A stretch of DNA of 64,000 bases, taken from the NCBI GenBank assembly GCA_963771265.1, contig CAVYSQ010000002.1:465-64464 (forward strand), in the 5' to 3' direction. The position numbers and the translations under genes are program-made. A model generated the notes under the pieces. The model worked only from the letters and a program-made list of their open reading frames with translations. It ran no database searches and was not told the origin of the DNA. Below are positions 29,241 to 37,900 of this stretch, piece by piece; within the stretch, counting starts at the first letter, position 1; each line of letters begins with the position of its first letter. Source of the stretch: an uncultured Solirubrobacterales bacterium. GTDB taxonomy: Bacteria; Actinomycetota; Thermoleophilia; Solirubrobacterales; 70-9.

Positions 29241-30113
29241 TCAGTTCGACTCGCCGCGGCGCTGCTGCAGGAACTGCTGAAACTCGCGTGCGATCGTGTC
29301 CGCGGAAGGCAGGTCCTCGCCCTCCTCGCCGAGCTGCTCGACCTGCTCGGCCTCGATCCGCTCCACCAGTTCGGCGATTTCCGGGTTGGCGGCGACCGCG
29401 CGGCCGATCTGCTCCTCGTAGCTGGCGGTTTCCTCCTCCAACCCGGTCGCGTCGACGGCGATCCCGGTCAGGCCCTCGAGCCGCCGCAGCAGCGCCAGGG
29501 CGGCCTTCGGGTTGGGCACCGCGGCCACGTAGTGGGGAACGGCGGCCCACAACGAGGCGGAGGTCATCCCAACCTGGCGGCAACAGTCGTGGACGACGCC
29601 GACGATCCCGGTCGGGCCCTCGTAGCTGGAGCGCTGCAGGTCGAGCTCTTCGACCAGCTGCTTGTCGGACGCGAGCCCCGTGATCGGCACCGGCAAGGTG
29701 TGGGAGACCTCGGCGACAAGCGCCCCCAGGGTGACGACCATCTCGACCCCAAGGGCATCGGCCGCGGTAGCCACCGTCTCGGAGAAAGTGCGCCAGCGTA
29801 GGTTCGGCTCGGTCCCGTCGAAGAGGACCAGGTCGTGGTCGGCACCAGGAATGCGGATCGCGATCAGCTCGTTCCGCGGCCACTCAATTCGCTTCGTCTG
29901 GCCTTCGGAGAGCACGATCGTCGGCCGCGTTGCCTGGAAATCGAAGTAGTCCTCCGGATCGATTTCGGCGATCGGCTCGGCATCAAAGGAGCCGGCCACC
30001 GCGCCCAGCGCTGCTGAAGCGGCGCCCGCAGCGTCGTTCCAGCCGCGGAAGGAGCAGACGAGGACCGGAGAGCGGAGCTGTGGCATGTCTCCATGCCAGG
30101 TAAGTGAGTCCAC
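29241..30113 (-). CDS. PAC2 (proteasome assembly chaperone 2-like) family protein
   Basis: PVLVCSFRGWNDAAGAASAA.., GPTGIVGVVHD, an acidic C-terminal tail. This is the typical actinobacterial PAC2/DUF75 layout. Confidence 0.85.
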   Translation of the reverse strand: MDSLTWHGDMPQLRSPVLVCSFRGWNDAAGAASAALGAVAGSFDAEPIAEIDPEDYFDFQATRPTIVLSEGQTKRIEWPRNELIAIRIPGADHDLVLFDGTEPNLRWRTFSETVATAADALGVEMVVTLGALVAEVSHTLPVPITGLASDKQLVEELDLQRSSYEGPTGIVGVVHDCCRQVGMTSASLWAAVPHYVAAVPNPKAALALLRRLEGLTGIAVDATGLEEETASYEEQIGRAVAANPEIAELVERIEAEQVEQLGEEGEDLPSADTIAREFQQFLQQRRGESN

Positions 30114-30144
30114 CTAGTGAGCGTAGCGCTCCGCGTCGGGGTCC

Positions 30145-30534
30145 CTACGCCTGTGGCGAAAGGGCGCGGCGGACGAGGCCGTAGGCGACGTAGAGCGCCA
30201 GGGCGGCAAACGAAAGCTCCAGCGCCCGTTGCGAAAGCTCATTGGCCACGACGACCCCGACCAGCACACCGAGGGGAGACAGGGCGCCGATCACCAACGC
30301 GTCCCGCAGATTGAGGTTGCCGTAGCCCTTCTGACGGTAGGCGCCGACCAGGGCGACGATCACGATCATCAACAGGGAGGTCGACTCACCCTCGACCTGG
30401 GAGAAGCCGAGGAAGATCGTCAGCGCAGGCACGAAGAGGACGCCGCCACCAACGCCGACCAGGCCACCGGCGAGTCCCCCGGCCAGGGCAAAGAGGGCGG
30501 CGAAAAGCTCATCCATGCCGGCGATCCTCCGCAT
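30145..30534 (-). CDS. TauE/SafE (TSUP) family membrane protein, C-terminal half-size unit
   Basis: LAGGLAGGLVGVGGGVLFVPAL motif, four hydrophobic segments, 129 aa. In the same frame as 30595..30960. Confidence 0.75.
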   Translation of the reverse strand: MRRIAGMDELFAALFALAGGLAGGLVGVGGGVLFVPALTIFLGFSQVEGESTSLLMIVIVALVGAYRQKGYGNLNLRDALVIGALSPLGVLVGVVVANELSQRALELSFAALALYVAYGLVRRALSPQA

Positions 30535-30594
30535 AAATTTCGCGCTCCGCTCCCGGCGCGAAGAACCAGATATGCACGCTTGGTCGCTCCGCGC

Positions 30595-30960
30595 TCATCG
30601 GACGATCAGCTCGATCGCGATGCCGACGAGCAGCACCGCAAAGAGGAGGGACACGGCCCGCTGCGGGATCCGCTGCTGGATCGCAGTACCGAGAACGACG
30701 CCGCCGATCGCCGGAATCGAGAGCCAGAGGCCGGTTCCGATGTCGACGTTGCCGTAGAAGCCACCCTGGGCGAGGGCGCCGAGCAGGCCGATCAGGACGA
30801 TCGCCCCCAAGCTGGTACCGGTCGCCAGCCGCTCTCCGTAGCCGAACCAGAAGATCAGCAGCGGCACGATCACGGTTCCCCCGCCGACCCCGAAGAGACC
30901 GCTGAAGATCCCCGCCAGCGTGCCGACCGCGGCAAGCTTCAGGGTGCGCTCCGATGGCAT
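30595..30960 (-). CDS. TauE/SafE (TSUP) family membrane protein, N-terminal half-size unit
   Basis: LAGIFSGLFGVGGGTVIVPLL motif, four hydrophobic segments, 121 aa. It ends at a TGA that is in frame with the next unit. Confidence 0.75.
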   Translation of the reverse strand: MPSERTLKLAAVGTLAGIFSGLFGVGGGTVIVPLLIFWFGYGERLATGTSLGAIVLIGLLGALAQGGFYGNVDIGTGLWLSIPAIGGVVLGTAIQQRIPQRAVSLLFAVLLVGIAIELIVR

Positions 30961-31799
30961 CGCGCGATACTAGTCACGTGTCTCCCGAATCCGGCAGAGG
31001 GGAGCGCGGGGCAGGGCTGGGGCCGCTGGCACAGCTCCGCGACGACCCCGCCCATGCCGCCATCCTCACCGACGTCGATGGAACCCTGGCGCCGATCGTC
31101 CTGAGGCCAGAGGAAGCCACGGTGCCGCCACGGGCTAGCGAGCTGCTCGCGCGGCTGAACAAGACCTATGGCCTGGTCGGCTGCGTCTCCGGGCGCCAGG
31201 CCGATGAGGCGCGACGGCTGGTGGGCGTCGACGGCATCGCCTACGCCGGCAATCACGGCCTCGAGCTACTACTGCCCGGTGAGCAGGCACCCAGTCTCGA
31301 CCCCTCGCTGCAGGGCCGCGAGCGGGACGCGGCGGACTTCATCTCCGGCCTTGGAGCGAATTCGCTGGCAGTGGCCGACCTGCGACTGGAGGACAAGGGA
31401 CCGATCCAGGCGCTGCACTGGCGCGGTGCCGAAGACGAGCGCGCCGCTGAGGCTCACGCCCACGAGCTGGCCACGGCGGCGGGGAGGGCGGGCCTGGAGC
31501 TGCGCTGGGGTCGCAAGGTGCTGGAGTTACGACCGCCGGGCGGTGGTGGCAAGGACACGGCTGTGGCGGCGCTGCTTGCCACAGACGGGATGACATCGGC
31601 TGTATATGCCGGCGACGACCGCACCGACCTCGATGCCTTTCGCCGGCTGAGGGAGCTGCGTGAGAGCGGCGAGCTCGAGGCAGCGGTCTGCATCGGGATC
31701 CTCTCCGAGGAGGGACCGCCGGAGATCGCCGAGGAGGCAGACCTGACGGTCGACGGCCCGGCTGGCTGGCTGGCGCTGCTGGAGGCGCTGGCGGAGTAA
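30954..31799 (+). CDS. otsB: trehalose-phosphate phosphatase (HAD superfamily)
   Basis: ILTDVDGTLAPIV (DxDGT nucleophile motif), CVSGRQ, YAGDDRTDLDAF. The track start 30954 overlaps the divergent TSUP start by 7 nt; GTG 30978 is an alternative. Confidence 0.85.
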   Translation: MASRDTSHVSPESGRGERGAGLGPLAQLRDDPAHAAILTDVDGTLAPIVLRPEEATVPPRASELLARLNKTYGLVGCVSGRQADEARRLVGVDGIAYAGNHGLELLLPGEQAPSLDPSLQGRERDAADFISGLGANSLAVADLRLEDKGPIQALHWRGAEDERAAEAHAHELATAAGRAGLELRWGRKVLELRPPGGGGKDTAVAALLATDGMTSAVYAGDDRTDLDAFRRLRELRESGELEAAVCIGILSEEGPPEIAEEADLTVDGPAGWLALLEALAE

Positions 31800-31808
31800 A
31801 AGGCAGAG

Positions 31809-32324
31809 ATGCCCTACACCGACCTGCTGCGAGTCACCGTCTTCCTCACCGGCGCTGAGGCAACTGTCCTCGGCGCGATCGCGGCGCTATCGGCCGGGCG
31901 GGCAAACGACACGACGACCGTGATCGTCGCCGCCGCCTGGTGGCTGGTCGCACTGATCCTTGGCCTCTATCTCGGCCGGCCGTCGCGGGCGGCGGATGGC
32001 GTCCGCGACGTCCTTGCCCGGGCACGCACCGCCACCTCCCTCCCAGAGGAGGCGCCGGCAAAGATCTCCGCCGCCCGCCTCTGGCCGATCGGCCTGACCG
32101 CGATCCTCGCCGGCGCGCTGGGCATCGTCTTCCCAGGGGTCGCCGCGATCGGCGCCGGATACGCCCTCCTGGTCGCGCTCGAGCTGCGCAGCCGCGAGGC
32201 AGCGGTGCTGGGGGTCGAGCAGCGCGACGGCGTCAAGTTCTACGTCGTCCCCAACTCCGCCCTGCGCCCGGTCCAGCTCGTGCGAACCCCGGGGCTGCGC
32301 AGCGACCGGTTGCGCGCAAGCTGA
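31809..32324 (+). CDS. hypothetical membrane protein
   Basis: 171 aa with four hydrophobic segments and good GC3 bias. No family recognised. Confidence 0.6.
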   Translation: MPYTDLLRVTVFLTGAEATVLGAIAALSAGRANDTTTVIVAAAWWLVALILGLYLGRPSRAADGVRDVLARARTATSLPEEAPAKISAARLWPIGLTAILAGALGIVFPGVAAIGAGYALLVALELRSREAAVLGVEQRDGVKFYVVPNSALRPVQLVRTPGLRSDRLRAS

Positions 32325-32331
32325 GAGGAAG

Positions 32332-32359
32332 CAGACGGCCCGCCGAGGCGGGCCGTCTG
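32332..32359. terminator. strong GC hairpin (candidate bidirectional terminator, no U-tract)
   Basis: CAGACGGCCCGCC-GA-GGCGGGCCGTCTG (13 complementary positions), starting 8 nt after the stop at 32324. Confidence 0.55.
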
Positions 32360-32448
32360 AGAAAACTTGGGGAAGTCCAGCGAAACACCGTGCTCCCAAT
32401 CTCGCGCCATCGATGATAGCGCTCCCAGCACCCTTTGTGCAGACAGAA

Positions 32449-32526
32449 TGACGCCCCCGAAGGGAATCGAACCCTCTCTTCCCCAATTGCGAGATTGGGA
32501 GCCGGCCTCCACCGGCGGGGGCGTCA
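32449..32526 (-). ncRNA. tRNA-like cloverleaf element with non-canonical arms (degenerate tRNA or tRNA mimic)
   Basis: Minus strand reads TGACGCCCCCG CCGG-UGGAGG-CCGG CU CCCAA-UCUCGCAA-UUGGG GAAGA GAGGG-UUCGAUU-CCCUU CGGGGGCGUCA. The T-arm and 5-nt variable loop are canonical. Acceptor pairing runs 11 bp, the D-arm is compressed, and the anticodon loop has 8 nt. Confidence 0.4.
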
Positions 32527-32590
32527 CCGCTCTCGCGGCTCAGGGAGCTTATCGTCTGCGCAGACGGTTGTCTAACAGACAACCACTATC

Positions 32591-34321
32591 TCAGCGGAGC
32601 AGCTTCTTGAACTCTCCCCAGCCGCGCGTGTTGGCGATGTCGGCGGCGGTCAGCCATGCGCGGCGGGCGGTCGCGATTGCGTATGCCATGTTGGCGAGCG
32701 TGTCGACGCCGTGGGCGTCGGTGTTGAGGACGATCGTGGCTCCGGCTTCCCTGGCCAGGCGGGCGTGGTGCTCGGAGAGGTCACGGCGGTTCGGGTTGCC
32801 GTTGATCTCCAGAATCGTGCCGGCGCCTGCCGCGGCCTCAACCACAGCCTCGACGTCGATGCCATAGGGCTCGCGACGACCGATCAGGCGACCGGTGAGG
32901 TGCCCGATGCAGTTGACGCTGGGGTTCTCGATCGCGGCCAGAACGCGTTCGGTCATCGCCGCTGCGGAGATTGAGAAGGAGGTGTGGACGCTCGCCACGA
33001 CCCAGTCGAGGGCATCGAGCAGGTCATCGGGGTAATCGAGTGAGCCGTCGAGGGCGATGTTGACCTCGGAGCCGGCAAGCAGGCGGAAGCCGCGCGCGCC
33101 CTCGTTCCACTCCCTCACCTCGTCGATCCGCTCCCAGAGCCGCTCGGCCGTGACGTGATCGCCGAAGCCATGGCTGGCCGAGTGATCGGTGATCGCCATG
33201 TAGGCATAGCCACGCTCGCGACCCGCCGCGGCCATCTCCTCCAGCGAGTTGCGGCCGTCGGAGAGCGTCGTGTGGGAGTGCAGGTCGCCGCGGATGTCCT
33301 CAATCGAGACGAGATCCGGCAGCCCTCCCTCGCGCGCCGGCTTCAGCTCACCCCGGCCCTCGCGCAGTTCCGGCTCGATATAGGCGTAGCCGAGTCGCTC
33401 GTAGACCTCGGCCTCGCTTGCGCACAGCGTCGTCTCGCCGCTCTCGACGTCGGTGATCCCGTGCTCGGAGACGGAGAGACCGCGCGCCACGGCCTCTTCG
33501 CGCAGCTGCACGTTGTGCGCCGCCGAGCCGGTGAAGTGTTGGAGCAAGTTGCCAAACGCCTGCGGCGCGACGATTCGCAGATCGACCGAGATCCCGTTGT
33601 GGGTCTGCGCCCGGACCCCGTTCGGTCCCGGGTTGCCGGCGGCTGCGATCAGGGCATGGCCCGCCAGGTGCTCGGCAAGCTCCCCCGGCGCCTCTGCGGT
33701 CGCGATCAGGTCGATGTCCTTGCAGGTCTCGGCCCAGCGCCGCACCGAGCCCGCGACCTCGACCTGGTTGGCAGCCGGGTGCTCTCGAAGGGCCGCGGCC
33801 AGCTCCTCGGCAATTGGCCGGACCGCCGAGAGCAGCAGGCGGCCCGGCCCCTCGCCGGGCTCGCCGAGCCGCTCCAGCGAAGCGAGCACGTTCTCCTCCG
33901 CCTTCGGCCCGAGGCCCTTCACCTCACGCACCTTTTCCGCCTCCGCCGCCACCTTCAGGTCTTCCAGCGAGGTGACGCCGAGCTCCTCGAAGAGAAGCCG
34001 CGCCGTTTTCGCCCCGACACCAGGCACCCGCGTCACCTCGATCAGGGTCGGCGGGAACTTCGCCTTCAGCTTCACCGCGGCGGGGATCTCGCCGGACTCG
34101 AGCAGCGCGTCGATCTTTTCCGCCAGCGTCTTGCCGACCCCGGGGATCTCGGTTGCCCGCCCCGCCGCGGCAAGCTCGGCGACCGAGACCGGGCTCTCGC
34201 GGATCGCCTTGGCCGCGGTGGAGTAGGCGAGGACGCGGTATTTGACCGCACCATCGAGCTCATACAGGACTCCCAACTCTTCGAGAGCCGCAGCGATCTC
34301 GGCGTTCGTCATATGTTGCAA
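32591..34321 (-). CDS. polX: DNA polymerase/3'-5' exonuclease PolX (family X polymerase + PHP domain)
   Basis: N-terminal HhH/Pol-beta-like region (GVGKTLAEKI, GVGAKTARLL, VAGSVRRWAETCKDIDL) plus a C-terminal PHP (GDLHSHTTLSDG, ITDHS, NTDAH). The track start is TTG 34321; ATG 34312 (MTNAEIAA) is equally plausible. Confidence 0.9.
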   Translation of the reverse strand: MQHMTNAEIAAALEELGVLYELDGAVKYRVLAYSTAAKAIRESPVSVAELAAAGRATEIPGVGKTLAEKIDALLESGEIPAAVKLKAKFPPTLIEVTRVPGVGAKTARLLFEELGVTSLEDLKVAAEAEKVREVKGLGPKAEENVLASLERLGEPGEGPGRLLLSAVRPIAEELAAALREHPAANQVEVAGSVRRWAETCKDIDLIATAEAPGELAEHLAGHALIAAAGNPGPNGVRAQTHNGISVDLRIVAPQAFGNLLQHFTGSAAHNVQLREEAVARGLSVSEHGITDVESGETTLCASEAEVYERLGYAYIEPELREGRGELKPAREGGLPDLVSIEDIRGDLHSHTTLSDGRNSLEEMAAAGRERGYAYMAITDHSASHGFGDHVTAERLWERIDEVREWNEGARGFRLLAGSEVNIALDGSLDYPDDLLDALDWVVASVHTSFSISAAAMTERVLAAIENPSVNCIGHLTGRLIGRREPYGIDVEAVVEAAAGAGTILEINGNPNRRDLSEHHARLAREAGATIVLNTDAHGVDTLANMAYAIATARRAWLTAADIANTRGWGEFKKLLR

Positions 34322-34397
34322 GCTAGCCTCTTCTAGGCTCGCTATACTTTCTGAAGTATTGAGCGCTGAACCTCGACATCATGGGAGACCGATACCA

Positions 34398-34724
34398 GTG
34401 ACCGGCAAGCTCACCGACGTGACCGACGGCAACTTCAAGTCCGATGTCCTCGAGGCGGAGGGCCCCGTGCTCGTCGACTTCTGGGCTCCCTGGTGCGGCC
34501 CCTGCCGCGTCGTCCACCCAGTCCTCGAGGAAATCGACGCCGAGCGCGACGACCTGAAGATCGTCAGCCTCAACGTCGACGAGAACCAGCAGACCGCGGC
34601 TCAATACGAAGTCCTCTCGATCCCGACGCTGCTCCTCTTCAAGGACGGGGCGATCGCCAAGAAAGTCGTCGGGGCGATGCCGAAGCGCCGCCTCGAGGCC
34701 GAGTTAGAGCCAGCGCTCGCCTAG
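34398..34724 (+). CDS. trxA: thioredoxin
   Basis: VLVDFWAPWCGPCR active site. 108 aa when started at GTG 34398 (GGGAGA lies 8 nt upstream). The longer track ORF from 34242 runs antisense into polX. Confidence 0.9.
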   Translation: MTGKLTDVTDGNFKSDVLEAEGPVLVDFWAPWCGPCRVVHPVLEEIDAERDDLKIVSLNVDENQQTAAQYEVLSIPTLLLFKDGAIAKKVVGAMPKRRLEAELEPALA

Positions 34725-34760
34725 AGCGCGGGCTCTTAGGCGACGCCAGCGGGCAACACG

Positions 34761-34940
34761 ATGCCGTTCGTTCACATCCACTGGTTCGAGGGCCGCAGCG
34801 ACGACCAGAAGGCCGAGATCGCGAAGCGGGTCGAAGCGGCGCTGGTCGAGGTTGCCGGCGCAGCGCCCGAGCACTGCTGGGTGAAGTTCTCGGACTCCTC
34901 GAAAACGGACTTCATCATCGGCGAGCCTGCCGAGGACTGA
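34761..34940 (+). CDS. 4-oxalocrotonate tautomerase family protein (59 aa; absent from the ORF track)
   Basis: My own translation: MPFVHIHWFEGRSDDQKAEIAKRVEAALVEVAGAAPEHCWVKFSDSSKTDFIIGEPAED. It has the Pro-1 signature and typical tautomerase length and pattern. The stop TGA 34938..34940 abuts the ileS stop. Confidence 0.7.
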   Translation: MPFVHIHWFEGRSDDQKAEIAKRVEAALVEVAGAAPEHCWVKFSDSSKTDFIIGEPAED

Positions 34941-37900
34941 TCAGGCAGCGCTGCGGCTGACGCCGATTCGCAGCTCGCGGCCGTCGAGCGTGGTACTGAC
35001 GCCACTGGTCGCGTCGTAGGCGACAGAGGTGGCGAGTACCTCACCGGCGAGGTAATCCTCATGGGCGCGGGCGGCGGCCAGCAGCTCCTCGTCGCCGCCA
35101 AGGCTGAGCTCGATCCGGTCAGTGATCTCCAGGCCCGCCTCTTTGCGGGCGTTCTGGACCGCGTGGACGATCTCGCGGGCGAGACCCTCGCGGCGCAGCT
35201 CGTCGTCGAGCTCGAGCTGGAGGGCGACTGCGTGGCCGGCCTCCGCCTCTACCTCGTATCCATCCAACGGCTGCAGGGACAGGGTGACCTCGTCCGCGCC
35301 GAGGGCGTGCTCGTCACCGTCGATATTGATGCCGACCTCGCCTCCCTCCGCCATCACCGCCGCGACGTGGACGGGGTCGAGCGCCTCGACGGCGGCGGCG
35401 ACCCGCGGCATCCGCTTGCCGAAGCGAGGACCAAGCGAGCGGTAGTTCGGCTTGACCGCGTAGCTGACCAGCTCCGACTCCTCCTCGACGAAGTCGAGCT
35501 CCTTGACGTTGAGCTCCGCCTTGACCAGCTCGGCGCGGGCCGAGATCGCCTCGCGCTCGGCGTCGTTGGCGACGATCACCGCGCGGCGCAGCGGCTGGCG
35601 TACCTTCGCCTTGGCCTGGGCGCGGGCGGCGCGGCCCAGTTCGACCGTGAGGCGGACCGCCTCCATCGCGGCCTCCAGTTCGGGATCCGCAAGGGCAGGG
35701 TCGCAACTGGGGAAGTCGCGCAGGTGGACAGAGTCGGGCAGCTCACCCAGAGCCTCCGCCTCGCCCCCGGCGAGGTTGAGGTGGATCTCGTCGGCGAGGA
35801 ACGGAGTAAACGGGGCAAGCAACGCGGCCGTCTCCAATAGGCAGTGACGCAGGGTGGCGAAGGCGGCGCGGTCGCCGTCCCAGAAGCGCCGCCGCGAGAG
35901 GCGCACGTACCAGTTGGAGAGCTCCTCGACGAAGGCAGCGATCTCGCGACCGGCCGCGGTGCAGTCGAAGTCGTCCATGTGCGCGGTGACCGAGGCGATC
36001 GTCGCCTGGAGCCGCGAGAGAGCCCACCTGTCGAGGTCGTTCGAGGGCTCGGGCTCACCCCTGAAGTCCTCGGGCCCGAGGTCGTCGGCGTTCGCGTAGA
36101 GCACCCAGAACGAGTAGGTGTTCCACAGCGTCAGCAGGAACTGGCGCACCGATTCGCCGACCGTGTCGACCGAGAAGCGGTAGCCCGACCAGGGCTGCTG
36201 CGCGGTCAGGTAGTACCAACGGAAGGCATCGGCGCCGTGGGTGTCGACCACCTCCCAGGGCTCGACCACGTTGCCCTTGCTCTTCGACATCTTCTGCCCC
36301 TCGGGGTCAAGGATCAGCCCTAGACAGACGCAGTTGCGGTAGCTCGAGGTGTCGAAGAGCAGGGTCGACTCGGCGAGCAGGGTGTAGAACCAGCCGCGGG
36401 TCTGGTCGATCGCCTCGCAGATGAAGTCGGCCGGGAAGCGCTCTTTGAACAGCTCCTCGTTCTCGAACGGGTAGTGGAACTGGGCGAAGGGCATCGCGCC
36501 ACTGTCGTACCAGGTGTCGATCACCGACTCGACCCGGCGCATCTCAGCGCCGCACCGCTCGCACTTCACCGCCACATCGTCGATGTAGGGGCGGTGCAGG
36601 TCCTCAGGCACCTCACCGCCGGCGCGCTCGCGCAGCTCGGCAACCGAGCCGGCGCAGAAGCGGCCGTCGCAATCCTCGCCGCTGCACTCCCAGATTGGCA
36701 GCGGCGTGCCCCAGTAGCGGTCGCGCGAGAGCGCCCAGTCGACGTTGTTCTCCAGCCATTTGCCGAAGCGGCCGTACTTGATGTGTTCGGGGTGCCAGCC
36801 GATCTGCTCGTTGTTGGCGAGGAGTTGGTCACGGGCGCCCGAGGTAGCGATGTACCAGCTCGACTTGGCGTAGTAGAGAAGCGGCGTGCCGCAGCGCCAG
36901 CAATGCGGATAGGCGTGCTCATAGACCTGCTCGCGGAAGAGCAGGCCGCGCCGGTCGAGGTCGGCGATCAGCGCCTGGGTGACCTCGGGATCCTTGACGA
37001 ACTTGCCCTCGAAGCCGATGACGCGCTGGTCGAAGCGGCCGTCCGGCCCGACCGGGTTGTAGAGGCTCGCGTGGTCGGTCGGATCGAAGCGGCCGTTCGC
37101 CGCCGCGACCGCGTAGTCGTCCTCGCCAAAGGCCGGCGCGATGTGGACCAGGCCGGTGCCGTCTTCGGTCGTTACGAAGTCGCCGGCAACCACTGGGAAG
37201 CCATCCGGCTCGCGATCGCTGAGGGCGAATACGGGACCTTTGTAGCGGCAGCCGACCAGGTCGCGACCTGAAAAGCGATCGACGATCTCCGCGCCCTCTC
37301 CGAGGACCTTCTCGACCAGTGGCTCGGCCAGGATCAACGTCTCACCCTCGACCAGTGCCCTTACGTAGGTGACTTCAGGAGCCACCGCAACCGCCTCGTT
37401 GCCGGGAAGCGTCCACGGGGTCGTCGTCCAGACCAGCAGCGATTCGTCCGCGTCGCTACCGCCCTCAGCGAGCAACGGGAAGCGCACATATATGGACGGG
37501 TCCTCCACGTCCTGGTAGCCGAGCGCCACCTCGTGCGAAGAGAGAGCCGTACCGCAGCGGGGGCAGTAGGGGACGACCTTGTGACCCTCGTAGAGCAGGC
37601 CCTTCTCCCAGAGCTGGCCGAGCGACCACCAGACCGACTCGATGTACTCGTTCTCGAGCGTGACGTAGGGGTCATCGAGGTCGATCCAGAAGCCGATCCG
37701 CTCGGTCAGCCGGTTCCACTCCTCGACGTACTCGAAGACCGACTCGCGGCAGCGCTGGTTGAACTTGGCGATCCCGTACTCCTCGATCTCCTGCTTGGAG
37801 GAGATGCCGAGCTCCTTCTCGACCTCGAGCTCTACCGGTAGCCCGTGGCAGTCCCAACCGGCCTTGCGCGGCACCCGGTAGCCGCGCATCGTCCTGTAGC

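Noticed and set aside
29126-29801. Track ORFs 29126..29683 and 29130..29801 starting inside element C.
   Set aside because: They run antisense through the well-supported PAC2 gene and start inside a palindromic non-coding element. Their translations are Arg/Pro/Gly-rich shadows.
30535-30597. Selenocysteine or programmed readthrough at the in-frame TGA splitting the TSUP gene.
   Set aside because: There is no SECIS-like hairpin immediately 3' of the UGA; the nearest stem, UUCGCGC/GCGCGAA, starts 35 nt downstream. A Sec in a loop of a membrane transporter has no precedent I know of. No tRNA-Sec or sel genes are seen, and the tRNA-like element at 32449..32526 has no UCA anticodon.
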